Part shown: positions 21,916 through 34,140 of the stretch, in pieces | Position numbering within the stretch: the stretch's first letter is position 1 | How the letters are laid out: each line of letters begins with the position of its first letter | Position numbers and translations under genes: made by a program | Assembly: GCA_907165135.1 (NCBI GenBank) | Contig: OU015568.1 | Location: 12,710,001-12,774,000 of the forward strand | Direction of reading: 5' to 3' | Length of the DNA: 64,000 nucleotides | Origin: Oikopleura dioica | Taxonomy: Eukaryota; Animalia; Chordata | Notes under the pieces: generated by a model | What the model was told of the DNA's origin: nothing | Seen by the model: only the letters and a program-made list of their open reading frames with translations | Databases searched by the model: none

Positions 21916-24169
21916 ATGTCCTCGAATGACAAAGAAAAGTCTCAAGAAATGCGTGGATCTCGGCAATTCGTCGAGTACTCAATCGAATCCGTCGATTTTC
22001 CTTTAGAATCTACTTATGCCGACGCTCTCAAGGTAACTAAAGCTCAAGCAATTCATCTTCAACATCTTTTCCCTCTCAGAATTCATCGCAAAAAGTGACT
22101 CACGAACTCACCGACCGAAAACCGTTCATGTCCGGAAATGCTGCGATAGAATCTGTCCACGGTAACTTTCCCCAACCCAAGTTCCTTTTTAATCAGTTCA
22201 AGGGCTGATTCACTTGTACAAGACAAACTACGGCTTCAATATCACGGAGGAAGGCCCTAGCGACATGCTCCTGCTCGTCCATGTTCCAGTCGATCTAGAC
22301 ACGCACGATCTGCTCCGTTTTCTCGGAAATTACGATAAGAAAATGGAATACATCAAGATCGTGCGCGACCAATCTCTGAATCAGTACATGGTCCTCTTAA
22401 AATTCGACGAGCAACAAAGTGCTGATACTTTTTATCACTCAATTAATGGGCAGAAATTTAACTCGCTGTTAGAAGAAACTTGCCAAGGTAAATAAAAGTC
22501 GTCACATAAAACATTAATAAAGGTTTTCATAAGTCGCGTATGTGGGAAAAGTGGAACTGCTTCACGCTGGAGAAGGCGCAGGCTGGCCGTTACCGAATCT
22601 TACCGAGCTGCCTGCTTGTACGATTTGTTTAGAGCGAATGGACGAGTCGGTGAAGTCCGTTTTGACCGTTCTTTGCAATCATTCCTTCCACTCTCAATGT
22701 CTGAAAAATGGGAAGACTCCACTTGCCCAGTTTGTCGATATACGCAAACTCCGTCGAGTGAGGAAAGCGAACGAAATGCCTGTCTTTCTTGCAATTCAAA
22801 AGAAGATCTATGGATTTGTCTCGTTTGCGGAAACATTGGCTGCGGGAGATACACACAAGAACACGCTCAGCAGCACTACTTGGACACTTCTCATAACTAC
22901 GCGATGGCGTTGAGCGACAATCGAGTTTGGGACTACGCTGGAGATTATTTCGTCCACCGACTGGTCACGAACGAAAGCTCGGAAAAAATCGTAGAGACGA
23001 AGGTCAATTCGAAAGATTTGGAAGCGAAAATTCAAACCGAGTGCTTGAAATTCTTCAGCGTTCAGTTGGAGGAACAGCGAAAATACTGGGAAGAGAAGTT
23101 GAAGCAGAAAGATCAGGAGCACCAAGAAAAATGCGAAAAGATCACTGAAGAGCTCGACAAACTGAAATCCCGCGCTGTCACCAAGGACGAATTTGAGAAA
23201 GAAAAACAAAGCTACGAAAAACGACTCCGATCGGCGACGGAAAAAGCAGTCAAGGCGTCTACGGAGTTGCAGAATGAGCGTTCGATGACTCTTAGCATGG
23301 TCGAGACAAGAACGGCGCAAGATAAAAGAATTAAATCATTGGAGGAAGAAAACGCCTCTCAATCAGCTACTATTAGAGATCTAATGCTCCATCTCGAGGC
23401 GCTGCAAACGATCAATAACGAAAACGAACTCAAGGTAGAAAAAAGTGCCAAAGGCTTTGATTCTTATCGAATTGGCGTTGGATTTGACTTGTTTTAGTTT
23501 CAAAAGCTGGAGTGAACCGCTAACAATTATTTTTTTCAGGGTGGAAGTGTCACTCTTGGCCAGGGTGTCTAAATTGGACAAAATTTTCGGGTCTGGCCGG
23601 CCATTTTCCGGCCAATAATTTTTTTTTGGGTTTGATCCGGCCAAAATCCAATCCAATTCCAATTTAGCCCAATAATCCAATAATTTGCCAATTTTGAAGT
23701 TCCCCAATTTAGCCAATTTTCCAATTATTTTCCGATTCCAATAAAAATCCGAATCCGATAAAAATCCGACAAAGTTTACTTCCCAAAAATATTTCCGATT
23801 TATATTATCTTATTTCTTCCCCGAGAAACTAAAAAAAGGACTTTAAAAATTGCTCTTTGGGATCTAGGAGTATTTTTGGTTAAAATTTGATCAAATCGGC
23901 TGATTCGGCTGGTTGCCCAACAATTTACCAGTATTCCAATTTATTTTGGCCGCCAATTTGCCCATTTTAGCCCCGATTTCCAATTTATCCCAACTATCCA
24001 ATAATGCCCAATAATCCGAAATATCCAACAAAAAACCGGGGCCAGATCCAACCAATTTCCGGCTATTTTCCAAAATAGGCCAATCCAACTATCCGATCCA
24101 ATTTTGTCCGTCCAAATTAGACACCCTGCTCTTGGCCAAGGAAGAGTTCGTAAAAATCGACGCAAATAA
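21916..24169 (+). CDS. BRAP: BRCA1-associated protein (BRAP2 RRM-like + RING-H2 + ZnF-UBP + coiled coil); last exon holds a hAT MITE
   Basis: TELPACTICLERMDESVKSVLTVLCNHSFHSQC, WEDSTCPVCRYTQTP, LWICLVCGNIGCGRY..HAQQHY..VWDYAGDYFVHRLV. Basic C-terminus GGSVTLGQGRVRKNRRK. Confidence 0.93.
23561..24128. mobile_element. 568-bp hAT MITE, CAGGG termini, 8-bp TSD CTCTTGGC
   Basis: 19-bp TIR CAGGGTGTCTAA(A/T)TTGGAC with one mismatch. TSD at 23553-23560 and 24129-24136. Internal CCAAT/ATCCG short repeats. Confidence 0.93.
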
Positions 24170-24327
24170 CATAGAGAGAAGAAAAATCTTCACTGTACTT
24201 ACGTGTGACATGTCATAGATCACCTTATTTCTTCAAAAAAACTCACGGATAGGTTTTTTCCCATGATTAATGTTTCTTGTTTAGAACTAAACAGTGTCAA
24301 ATAGACCTCGTTTCGGTCGGGATAAAA

Positions 24328-27077
24328 ATGAAGGCGGCGAGCAAGAAAGACCTTGCTGATGTGCGGCGCGCTGCTTTCAAGGGCGATATCGATATGCTGA
24401 GATCGACATTGAATTTCCAGCGTGACTTCAGCGCCCGTTCTCAGCAGCTTCCTGGCGGCTCGGCTTCGGACAAGCTTGAATGCAACATGAGCATTCTCGA
24501 CCTTGCTGTCATCGGAAGAAAACCGTTTTCAAGTTCAAAGATTATTTTTAAACGATATAAAGAAGACCAAGAAATGCTAGAGAAGCTTTTCCAAACAAAG
24601 GGAAAGCACAGTTCTCTTCATTTAGGTACAATTTTCGTTCTTACTTATTTGGTAATATTTTCATTCTTTCTAGCGTGTCAGAAGCAAAAGAAAGGCCCTG
24701 TTCTGAAGAAAATAATCAATCTCTATGCAAAATATGGGTTTAAAGCTGATCGAGTTGCCGAGCACAACATGTCCACAATTGCTTGGCTACTTGACGATGG
24801 CGGGAAATGCGCCGATCCAAGAGAACCTCTAATTGGTACAGTCATTGACTTTTTTACTCTGGAAATGATCATTTTTTTAGCTTTGCTCGAGCACGGTGCC
24901 AATCCATCTTTGCGCGTCGACTACAAGGGAATTCGATCACTTCCTGAAGTCAATGGCAATGAAGGTCCTTGGGCTAAAGACGAAGAAGTCAAGGAGGACG
25001 TCATCGATATTTTGCACAAGGCACGGCGTCAGAAATCGAAGAACGTAGGCAAACTTGCGAAGCAAGCCTTTTACGAGTCGTTGAAGGAGAGCCTCGCTGA
25101 CAACCCGAATGAAAATGCAAAGAGCTACCTCGAGAACATCGCGGATATGAGGGAGAAAATGCGCACCGTGCCCAGTGATGAGTCCGAAATCTACTTTGGC
25201 TGGAACAAGGTGTATGAGCTGAATAAAGAAACAGTTAAAACGCAGCGGGAGCGAGACGCGATCGAGGAAGAGTTCCAGTTTCATGACAAAGACTGTGACA
25301 GCTGTGTTCGCCGAGAGTGCGGAAAAGTCAAGAAGCGAAAATTGCGAAAGAGGACTAAGCGAGCGATTCCTGCACTACAAGACACTGAGAGCGATTGCCT
25401 CATTGTCAAGCAAGAAGTGATGGAAGGATCTTCCCAAAAGAAACCTCTGACCATCTTAGAGGAGCTGGAAAAGATGGATGATTCGGATAATCCCATCGAT
25501 TTGGACAAGCTAGATACGCCCGCTACAAGTGACTACGGTATCAAGTCAGCGGCCGAATCAAAAGAAAAAGATCAGCAGGAAGATAATCAAGAAGCAGAAG
25601 TACCTGAAAAGAACAGCGATAAATCCTCAGCCGAGCCTGAAAAATCTGAATCAGCGAAGCCTCCACAAGACGACGGAGAGGCGCAAGAGGAAACTGAGCC
25701 ATCTGCTGTTGCAACTGTTCCAGTTGAGACTGAAACTAAAGATGAGGAAAAATTTCGGAAGAAGTGTCCATTCAACCGACAATTTCAACTCCGTTGCCAG
25801 AGAAAGAGCAAGGCGCGATCGCAGACTCAGAGTCTATTCAGAAAAATCTAGAAAAAGTTGTTACGAGTCCAGCGAAGACAATCCTTGCCTCAGTAACAAT
25901 GCACTTAGACGATGTTCCTCTCACTTCAGCTGCGCACTACAAGGATATGAACTCTCCGAAAATGTCATCGCGTGGAACCTCTCTGAACGGAAGCCATCAA
26001 TCTGTTCCCGATGTTATTGATTTGACCAATTGCTCTCAATCTCCAGAAAAGCCTCCAGCTGAGACTCCATCCAGTAAAACTAGCTCTGAGACGCTGCCAC
26101 AAGAAAAAAGGTACAAGTCTATTATTGCTTCAAAAGTAATAATTAACTCATTAATTTAGAGTCTGCAGAGCTATCGGTTGTAGAAAGCATCCAGGCTTGC
26201 GTTGTTCCACTTGCAAGGTCTTCTACTGCAGCCGACAATGCCAGTGTAAGGACTGGAAAAGACATAAACAGGAATGCAAGAAGCTAAAGAAACAATACGA
26301 CCAGCGAAATAATTCAGGAGTTGAAGCTATTTCAGCAGTCACCGAGCCCGTGGAAATCGCCGAAGTTGATAGTGACGGAGCCATCGTTGACCAACTTCCT
26401 TCCAAGGAGAGGTCTATTTTGTTGATTCTTCATCTGTTGGGTCAAAATTTAGGATAGAAATACGTAATCTGTAATATGGACTCTGTATTATACAGATTTA
26501 TAATAACCGACCATCGTAAACTAACCTAGGAAGATCTCTTTACAGTCTCAGTCAGAGAAGCCTAAGATGGAGGCAGCTTCGAAACCAAGCATGGCGATAG
26601 TTCATCCAACAAATATCACTCCTGCGCCAAAGCCTGTAATCGCTAGAATTTTGTCTCCGTCTCGAAATTCTATCAATATACCCGCGTCCAATCCCCCACC
26701 TGCGAGTGCAAATGAAACATCAAACAAGCGGGGAAACTCCGAAACAGGCTTGCCGGACGCGAAGAAAAGAAAACTAAACCGACAAAATCAGAACGACTCG
26801 GGTAGTGAAATCGCTTTTACTCGTGATGCACGCAACATGCTCACAGAACTTGGTAAGAGATCTTTTTAAACTCTCTTTTAAATAACCTTACTCAAGACAA
26901 TCTTTCGGACAGAAATAAAAACTTCTCTTCCCGCAAGAAAGAATTCGACGCTGACCTAAAAAAGGTATGATCTTAAATTCTCGTCGAATATTTAATATTC
27001 CACTTTAGCTCGGAGAAGATGTCAAAAAATTCGAAGCCCTAATTTACCCAACCAAGCACAATCTAAGCAAACCCTAA
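24328..27077 (+). CDS. Ankyrin-like repeat + MYND zinc-finger protein, multi-exon
   Basis: RRAAFKGDIDML and ALLEHGANPS ankyrin-like motifs; MYND CRAIGC..LRCSTCKVFYCSRQCQCKDWKRHKQEC. Confidence 0.7.
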
Positions 27078-27231
27078 GAAAAAAATCACGATTGTAATAT
27101 CTTTTGTACAGCACGATTTCACTGCCTTACCAACTTAATAATTATGAATTATTAATTCACAATTGAAAAACTAAACAAAACTTCAATAAATATCTCTTGA
27201 GATACAGAGTTATCTTTGATTGAATCGTGTT

Positions 27232-28233
27232 ATGTCGGCTCAACGAGGCATCCTCAATGCCTCTCGAATCAAGCGAAGAGCAGCAGTGAATCGCTCCGCA
27301 GGGAGGGGTTAAACAGAATAGAATTTGCTTATTTCTTTCTTGCTTTATTTGCGTAAATCCCAATCAAGGTTTGCAACCTGTAAAAACAAGTCGGTTACCA
27401 TCTCTTCATTTTCCGCCATCTCAGGTTCGCACTTTCTCTTCCTCGATCTCAATATCATCATGATTTCAGGAGCTCGTGCCAGCGAAGCAAGATCAAATCG
27501 AGCTCTTGTCAATGGAGAGGCAGTTTGATGAGCTCCTAGGTTTGTTTCGTTTACATCTTTGCAAGACCAAATGAAATTCACTAGATGCTTTTTCAACAAC
27601 TGATCCTAATGAAGCCAGGCGAAGTCGAAAGCGACGTGGAATAAGCGATCAGGTAATTTGAGTGCTTGATGCTCTTTGAATCAATCTTTTCTAGGAGCAC
27701 CGACTGCACAAGCTTCATCAAAAGTTGAGAGAAGAGATTCCTCAGCTGCTTTATCCTGCTTACGTTCATCATGATTATACAATCTACACGAAGGATTGTA
27801 AACTTGTGATTGAGTATGGACTCGATAGGTAAAACGCAAAACGTGATTTTTAAATAATGAAAAATTCAGTCGCCGAGAATTCAACGGCGTCAAAAGTCTC
27901 CGTGGCGGTGTCGAAATTGCGAAGACATTCGTCACCGCGGAACTCTCCAATCCAACTGTAACTTTGATGTCTTCCGATATCAAAGCGCGGCTCGGTATTC
28001 TCGAATTCAAATGGACCGTTCATGGTGAAGAGAGATTGAAGTTTCTTTCCGCTGGTCGGCCAAAAGTATACACCTTCATTTCCCATCTCAACGTCAACGA
28101 TGACGGACTTGTCTACAAACACACCGTGACAAGTATCGAAATCGATAAGTCGGCGGCTTTGTCTAGCCGGGCGATTCTTGCCATTCCCTTTGAGTTGGAC
28201 TCGCTGGCGCGGCGGGAAGAAAGTAAATATTAG
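27232..28233 (+). CDS. C6orf136-like (DUF2358, NTF2/SnoaL-like) protein
   Basis: Spliced reading gives KLREEIPQLLYPAYVHHDYTIYTKD and FKWTVHG..FISHLNVNDDGLVYKHTV, resembling C6orf136. Arg-rich N-terminus. Confidence 0.55.
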
Positions 28234-28549
28234 TTGTCCCTATCGTTAGTCATAATATATTCAAGCTCCGACGAGTTCGAGAAACTTTGCGAGAAGGACA
28301 TGCAAAAGCTATAATTTCGATCGAGACGATGTAACATGATTTTATACGATGTATAGAAAAAGAAACGACTACTGTCTAAGATGTGCCCGTGATTCAACAA
28401 CAACAAAATGTGATGAGTGCGTGCAGCTAAATTCATTAGCTGCATGGCTTTGATTTCTCCTTATTTATTCCCCAATTGTTTGTTCCGAAGTTCTGTTTGA
28501 GTTAAATAAAGATCAATTTCGATAAACGAACGATCACGGTTTGTTCAGA

Positions 28550-29720
28550 ATGGGGCTGGTCTTTTTGGCTGGTTTAGCTGGCATTTTATGGGGCGTATAT
28601 GTTGGAGTTACCCAGTTTTATCTAATGAGGCAGATGGCTAATGATCCTGATGATGAGAAATTCGCGTCTTACGGGTAAAAGAATAAGCCTTTTTTCACGC
28701 GTTCATATGTAAATTACATAATGTAATTTTAAAGAGGCTACGCTGTAATGACAGGATGCACAGACGGAATAGGAAAAGCTTACTGCCTGAGAATGTGCCG
28801 GAAAATAGACAAATTCGTTCTGATCGGTCGCAATCGTGAGAAACTCGGCAAACTTACGGCCGAAATGAAAGAAATCAACTCTAAAGTGCAGACGATTGAG
28901 ATTCTAGCGGACTTCGCTGGGCATGTTGACTATCCAGCGCTTGAAAAGAAGTTAGCTAGCTTGGACATTGGCGTGTTTATGAACTTTGTTGGTGTCTCGT
29001 ATCCGCTTCCGCAGATGATCCATAAAATGGACGCAGACTATCCGAATTTGTCGTGGGATCACATCAATGTAAATTTGGTTTCTGCGACGCAGCTATCCCG
29101 TGTGATTGTTCCAAAAATGGTTGAGCGGAAATCTGGTCTTGTTGTTTATGTTTCTTCAGGTTTGACCATCAGATTAATCTTTTCTAATTTTATCGAAAAG
29201 GCTCTTCAACTCAGCCAACACCATTTCAAAGCTCATATGCAGCGGGAAAGAAACTTCTTGATCAATTGGCAATAAATATGAGTTATGAATACGCGGGCAC
29301 TGGGGTCGACTTCCAATCTATCAAACCTTACTACGTCGCTACCAAACTGACTCAAAACAAGCTTCAGCATAACTACAGCTACACCACGATGATTCCCTCT
29401 GCCGAAGAATACACAAGACAAGCACTTGGAACTATTGGAAGATTCGTGACAACTCACGGCTATGCGAAGGGTTTAATTGATCTTGACTTATCTTCTTTTT
29501 GAAATTTAGCCTCTTCGCGCCTTAATTTAGACAAACACCCGAAGGACACAAGTGTTAAACCTAAAGACAGCACCTCATGCTATGCAAAGCTGGCTATCTA
29601 ATTTTAGTAAGTTTGATTAGAGTCTTCCCACTATAAAGTGTCTTTTCAGTACCAGAAAAAGCAATTGGCTGGTTTGTACGGAGAAAAATGCTCAAGCAGC
29701 GAGCAAGCAGAGGAAAATAA
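28550..29720 (+). CDS. Short-chain dehydrogenase, HSD17B12/3-ketoacyl-CoA reductase-like
   Basis: N-terminal TM segment, YAVMTGCTDGIGKAY, VLIGRNREKL, LDIGVFMNFVGVSYP, YAAGK catalytic motif, QSIKPYYVATKL. Confidence 0.85.
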
Positions 29721-29940
29721 ATTGACTACATTGCGTGCTATCTAATTTAAAACTGATTGCCCATAAATTCTTTTAATAATTACGATTCAACAATATTACC
29801 TCGATAAAATGAAGTGCAAGAGTCGTGTTTCATAAAATTACCAAATCCGTTAACGGTCAATTATTTTAGAAGCATTCTTCTTGATTATTTATTTATGAAA
29901 TGAAATACAAATATACAATGCTTACTCTTAATGCTTCAGA

Positions 29941-31633
29941 ATGATTCTGTCGAGACAAAGGTACCTTCGCTTGTGCGTTAGGTTTGAGTCGGCTACTCTA
30001 ACCTACCAACATGGGCACCCGATCTTGACCGTGCCACTCCCGTCTCGAGGTGATCCAGTGATGTTCACCTGCAAGCCTGTTACAGGAACTGTTGGATCTC
30101 TTCTTCGAGACATTCAGAAGACGGATGGAGGAGTGTATCAAGCTGACTGCTTTACAACGGTAATTCCTTAACAAATAAATAACCTTAGCGTTTTTCTAAA
30201 GAACGGCGAACGCCTTGCAAAATCTACCTCATTTTGTCATCTGCTTCTTTTAAAAGAGTTCGATCTGGAGCTCAACAAGAAAAAATACAACATCAAAGTC
30301 CCGATGGAAGTCTCTGAAAAAGTTTACTCGCCATCAGTCCCGGCCGATAATGGGGTTAACGAGATGAGATATCAAGTAGCCAAGATTTACACAGCCTTGA
30401 ATATTGAGGTAACTCAAAAACCGTGCAAATCAATTCAAAACTGATTCAAGGCGAAACAACATGAGAAAGAAGAAGAACTTCTGAAAGAAAAAGAAGCTCT
30501 CATGAAAGAAATGAAACCTTTCTTTGAAGCAAACGATGTACTAGTCCAAAAAGTGGAAGCAAAAACGAAAGCCATCCAATACGGAATTCTGGCTTACATG
30601 GTCTTCCAGTGGTCAGCTCTCGCTCGCCTCACTTGGTGGGAGTACTCTTGGGACATCATGGAACCTGTCACTTACTTCATAACTTATGGGTAGGAAAAGG
30701 CATATAATTGTCGTAGTAATGGAATTTATAGTACCTCTGTTGCTTTATATGGGTTTTACGTTCTCTCTAAAACTGCGCCTAATTACGATTCCTATGAGCA
30801 GCGACTTAAGCTCTTGTATACCCATAAGATGGCACCTTCTCTTACTCTCGATATTCCTGGTGAGTTTTAGACGATTTTCAATAAGGATTTCTGAGTGAAA
30901 TCCTTCTCCCCCTCTTTTATTGGCTTGTTAGAAAGAGCGTAAAAAGTTACACTAGAAACACTGGAAAATTCCAGAGATTTTCAAAATATTGACCTCGTGC
31001 CACGTGACTGAAGTTCCAAAAGTACCATTTCTTTCGGACATCGGCATTTCCAAGTCCTCTTAGCTGAGCAGGCATGCGATACATGAAAATGATCGTCTTG
31101 TCGAGCTCTACATCGGCATCTTGGTTTCAACCCTTGTAATTTATTCTTCCATCCCTTTTTAAAATCAGCTGTTTGCTGAAAATATTGATTTCGAGAAAAA
31201 AGGGATGAAAAGGTTTGAGACTTGGATGCCGATGTAGAGCTCGACAAGACGATCATTTTCATGTATCGCATGCCTGCGTACCTTAGAGTAGTCGGAAACG
31301 CCGATGTCCGGAAGAAAAGGTACTTTTGGAACTTCAATCACGTGCTATGACGTCATAACTTCAAAAATTTCATCCTTTTTTGGTGGAATCTGGCATAACT
31401 TTTTACGCTCTTTCAAATGAGCTAATAAAAAAGAGGGGTAAGGATTTCACTCAGAATTCCTTATTGAAAATCGTCTTATTCTATTTTAAGATTCTCATAA
31501 ATTTTCAGAGTACAACGAAAAAATGCGCCGACTTCATGTGATCAACAATAAACTGCACCGACTTCGTGATCCTCTTCGACTTCAACTTCCTATCCGTCAA
31601 ATTCGCAACGACGCCACACTTGACCTCTATTAA
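29941..31633 (+). CDS. MCU: Mitochondrial calcium uniporter
   Basis: ILTVPLPSRG, LARLTWWEYSWDIMEPVTYFITYG (DIME pore motif), C-terminal LHRLRDPLRLQLPIRQI. Confidence 0.93.
30870..31475. mobile_element. 606-bp GACG-family MITE in an MCU intron, 3-bp TSD TTA
   Basis: Same TIR as 8301-8896. TTA at 30867-30869 and 31476-31478. Expands a ~40-nt intron (30860-31508). Confidence 0.92.
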
Positions 31634-31750
31634 CCTAAAGCTTCTATGTTTCAATTTTCCCAGCTGTAAATTTCCTCCCAGAATGAGTTCTTTGTTGCCT
31701 ACCTTATCCTCTTCCTGTTTATAATTCCAGACACTCTCTTTTACTTTTTA

Positions 31751-34016
31751 ATGCACCTAAATTTGTTCGATCATAAAGTTGTCAACAATGAAATTATAGA
31801 GCAAAAGAAAATGAATGGCCGAACCGACATTTATTTCCAAGAGAAAGGCATTTTTGCATTCGCAGAAATTGTGGATAATCGCTGGAAAGGAAATCGGGAC
31901 CTAAATGGGGAGATTCCCCACGAAATTCGCGACGACTACTTCCTTGCGTACAATTTTGCAGCGTATAGAGCGGCAAAGGATCAGAAAAAGAAAATGAGCA
32001 TTGCGGTCAAAAAACAGAAAGCAGAATCAACATGGAGCATCAATGCAAATGAAATCGATATTATCAATCTCACTCGTAAAAAAATCGTAAAAATATTCGA
32101 TGAAGCCATTTCAACCGTCAGGTCTAACACTCCAAGATTTCCATATCCTTCGGAAGCCGTCCTCGTGCTTTTGAACGGAGAATGGTCATGTGGATTGATT
32201 CCTTTGAATTCAAGACCATCGTTTGCAAACCAAATACTCAAGTTGCCAGTTTATCTTGTTTTCAAAAAGAAAATTGAATTCTGTTACCCAGAGAAGATTT
32301 ATCTGATCCCTCCCGGTTCTCCCATCTTGAATATACCAATCGAGCCAGTTCCTTTTGGACTCATGCCGCCTATTTCTCCAAAATTCACGAAAGGCCATTG
32401 GGGAAGAATCCAAATACTCTTCGATTGGATGCGCAAATGGAAGTCTATTGGACTCAACCAAGAGGTCGAAGGCGAAATCATCTATATTGACAAGACTAAT
32501 CGTTATTGTGGGATTACTGCAAATACAACCTATGGATCACAGGCGATATCTGAGTTGTTATGTAGATTATGGAAGGAACTGGATCCCATCGTTGAGGAAG
32601 ATATGGAAGATCGACAACTTGACGATAAATCAGAGTGCTACAAAGCTGCCGAATTCACCTCTTACACGTCTCAAAAAACTTTTCTGATGCGAGTGAAGAT
32701 ATTAAAATTTGCTAATGACAAGAAAACAGTGATTGCGATGGACATCGACTCTGGAAAGATTTATCATCCTGAATGCAGCAAGCTAAAGATGCTTCCTGAA
32801 GAGTTGCATCCAAAAAACATTCCCCCATTCGTAACTATTGGAAGATTTCCAAAAAATACAAAAAAACATTTATTGGAACCAAAGAAGATTGTTTCAGTAA
32901 CAGCTGGATGGCCGAAAGATTATAACTTTTATCATAAAGAATTTTATCACTTGAAAAAAATGCAATATAAGCGAGGAGAAGCCTTTGGAAGCCTTGGACT
33001 CAAGTTCGCCATTCACCTCCATGATTTCAAGATTGAGGAGAACGAAGAAGATTTCTTAAATTTCCTTGACAGTGAGGACGAAATAGACCCGGAGAAACCA
33101 GCCGAATTCATCAATTTGAAGAAGAAGATCACCAAAAAGTCGCCGTGGCTTGTCTCTGAATCACTCAGCCACAGTTTCGATTGCGAAGTTCAAATGTCAT
33201 CCCACCAGTTCCATAATTTATCAAACAAGATCAGAGAACTCCTGCCGACACTAGAAGATTCTATTCTCGAAGATTCGGCACTAATTCAAATTTGCCACGT
33301 GCAAACACATCACTTGATGGCCGTCTTTGTTCTTCAGCATCCATATAAGAAACGAGAAGAAGGTCAAAAACATCAGCTCAATACGCAGACCGATTTCCAC
33401 CAAAAATCCAAGATCGGATTTATGAAGAAGATCTAGAAGTCGAAGAAGAGGATGAGCTCGTATTAGTTCGCACCAATTTAGTCACTGAAGACAAATTCAT
33501 GTATTACAGAGCGCTTGTGCTGGAGAGAGATGACTTCAAATCGAAAGGTAAATCGAACAGAATAAATATTTGAAATCAACGAGAATTTTAGTAGAGCTTA
33601 TTGACTGTGGCGCACCCGCAATTGTCGACAACAAAGATATTTTCTATTTACCGAATAGATTGAAGCAAATTACCTGTCCGATTATACGAATAGAGCTAAC
33701 TGGCCATGCAAGACGAGTTGCTGAAGCTTGCACGATTCCAAAGCAGTACAATGGAATAAACCCATTCGCCAAATTTGCTAAATTCAAGCGAGGGTTCTCA
33801 AAGAATAACCCTTGGACAAACGAAGATGTGCTCAAAGAAGTCTGCTTCAGAGGTTGAATCAGACTTGAAATAATTATCATTTACTCTACTTTAGTTTTGA
33901 ATCAGAACAAAGCTAATGAAATGCACAGTGGCCGAGTCTTCAAAATTCAGTTCGATGCCAAAGCTACGATCGACTGCCTAACTATTTCACAGCCAATGGA
34001 AATAACTTCAATTTAA
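31751..34016 (+). CDS. Tudor-domain-containing protein (divergent repeats)
   Basis: C-terminal extended-Tudor-like MYYRALVL..|VELIDCGAPAIVDNKDIFYLPNRLKQITCPIIRIEL, with weaker upstream repeats. Confidence 0.55.
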
Positions 34017-34140
34017 AAACATGCTTAGTTCCCGAACTCGCCCACTTACCCTTTTAGTTCCTATAAATTAGAGTTGCCTCCACATATTAACAGACAATAT
34101 AATAATTAGAACAATAGTTCCGAACTCGTACATTTCAGAA

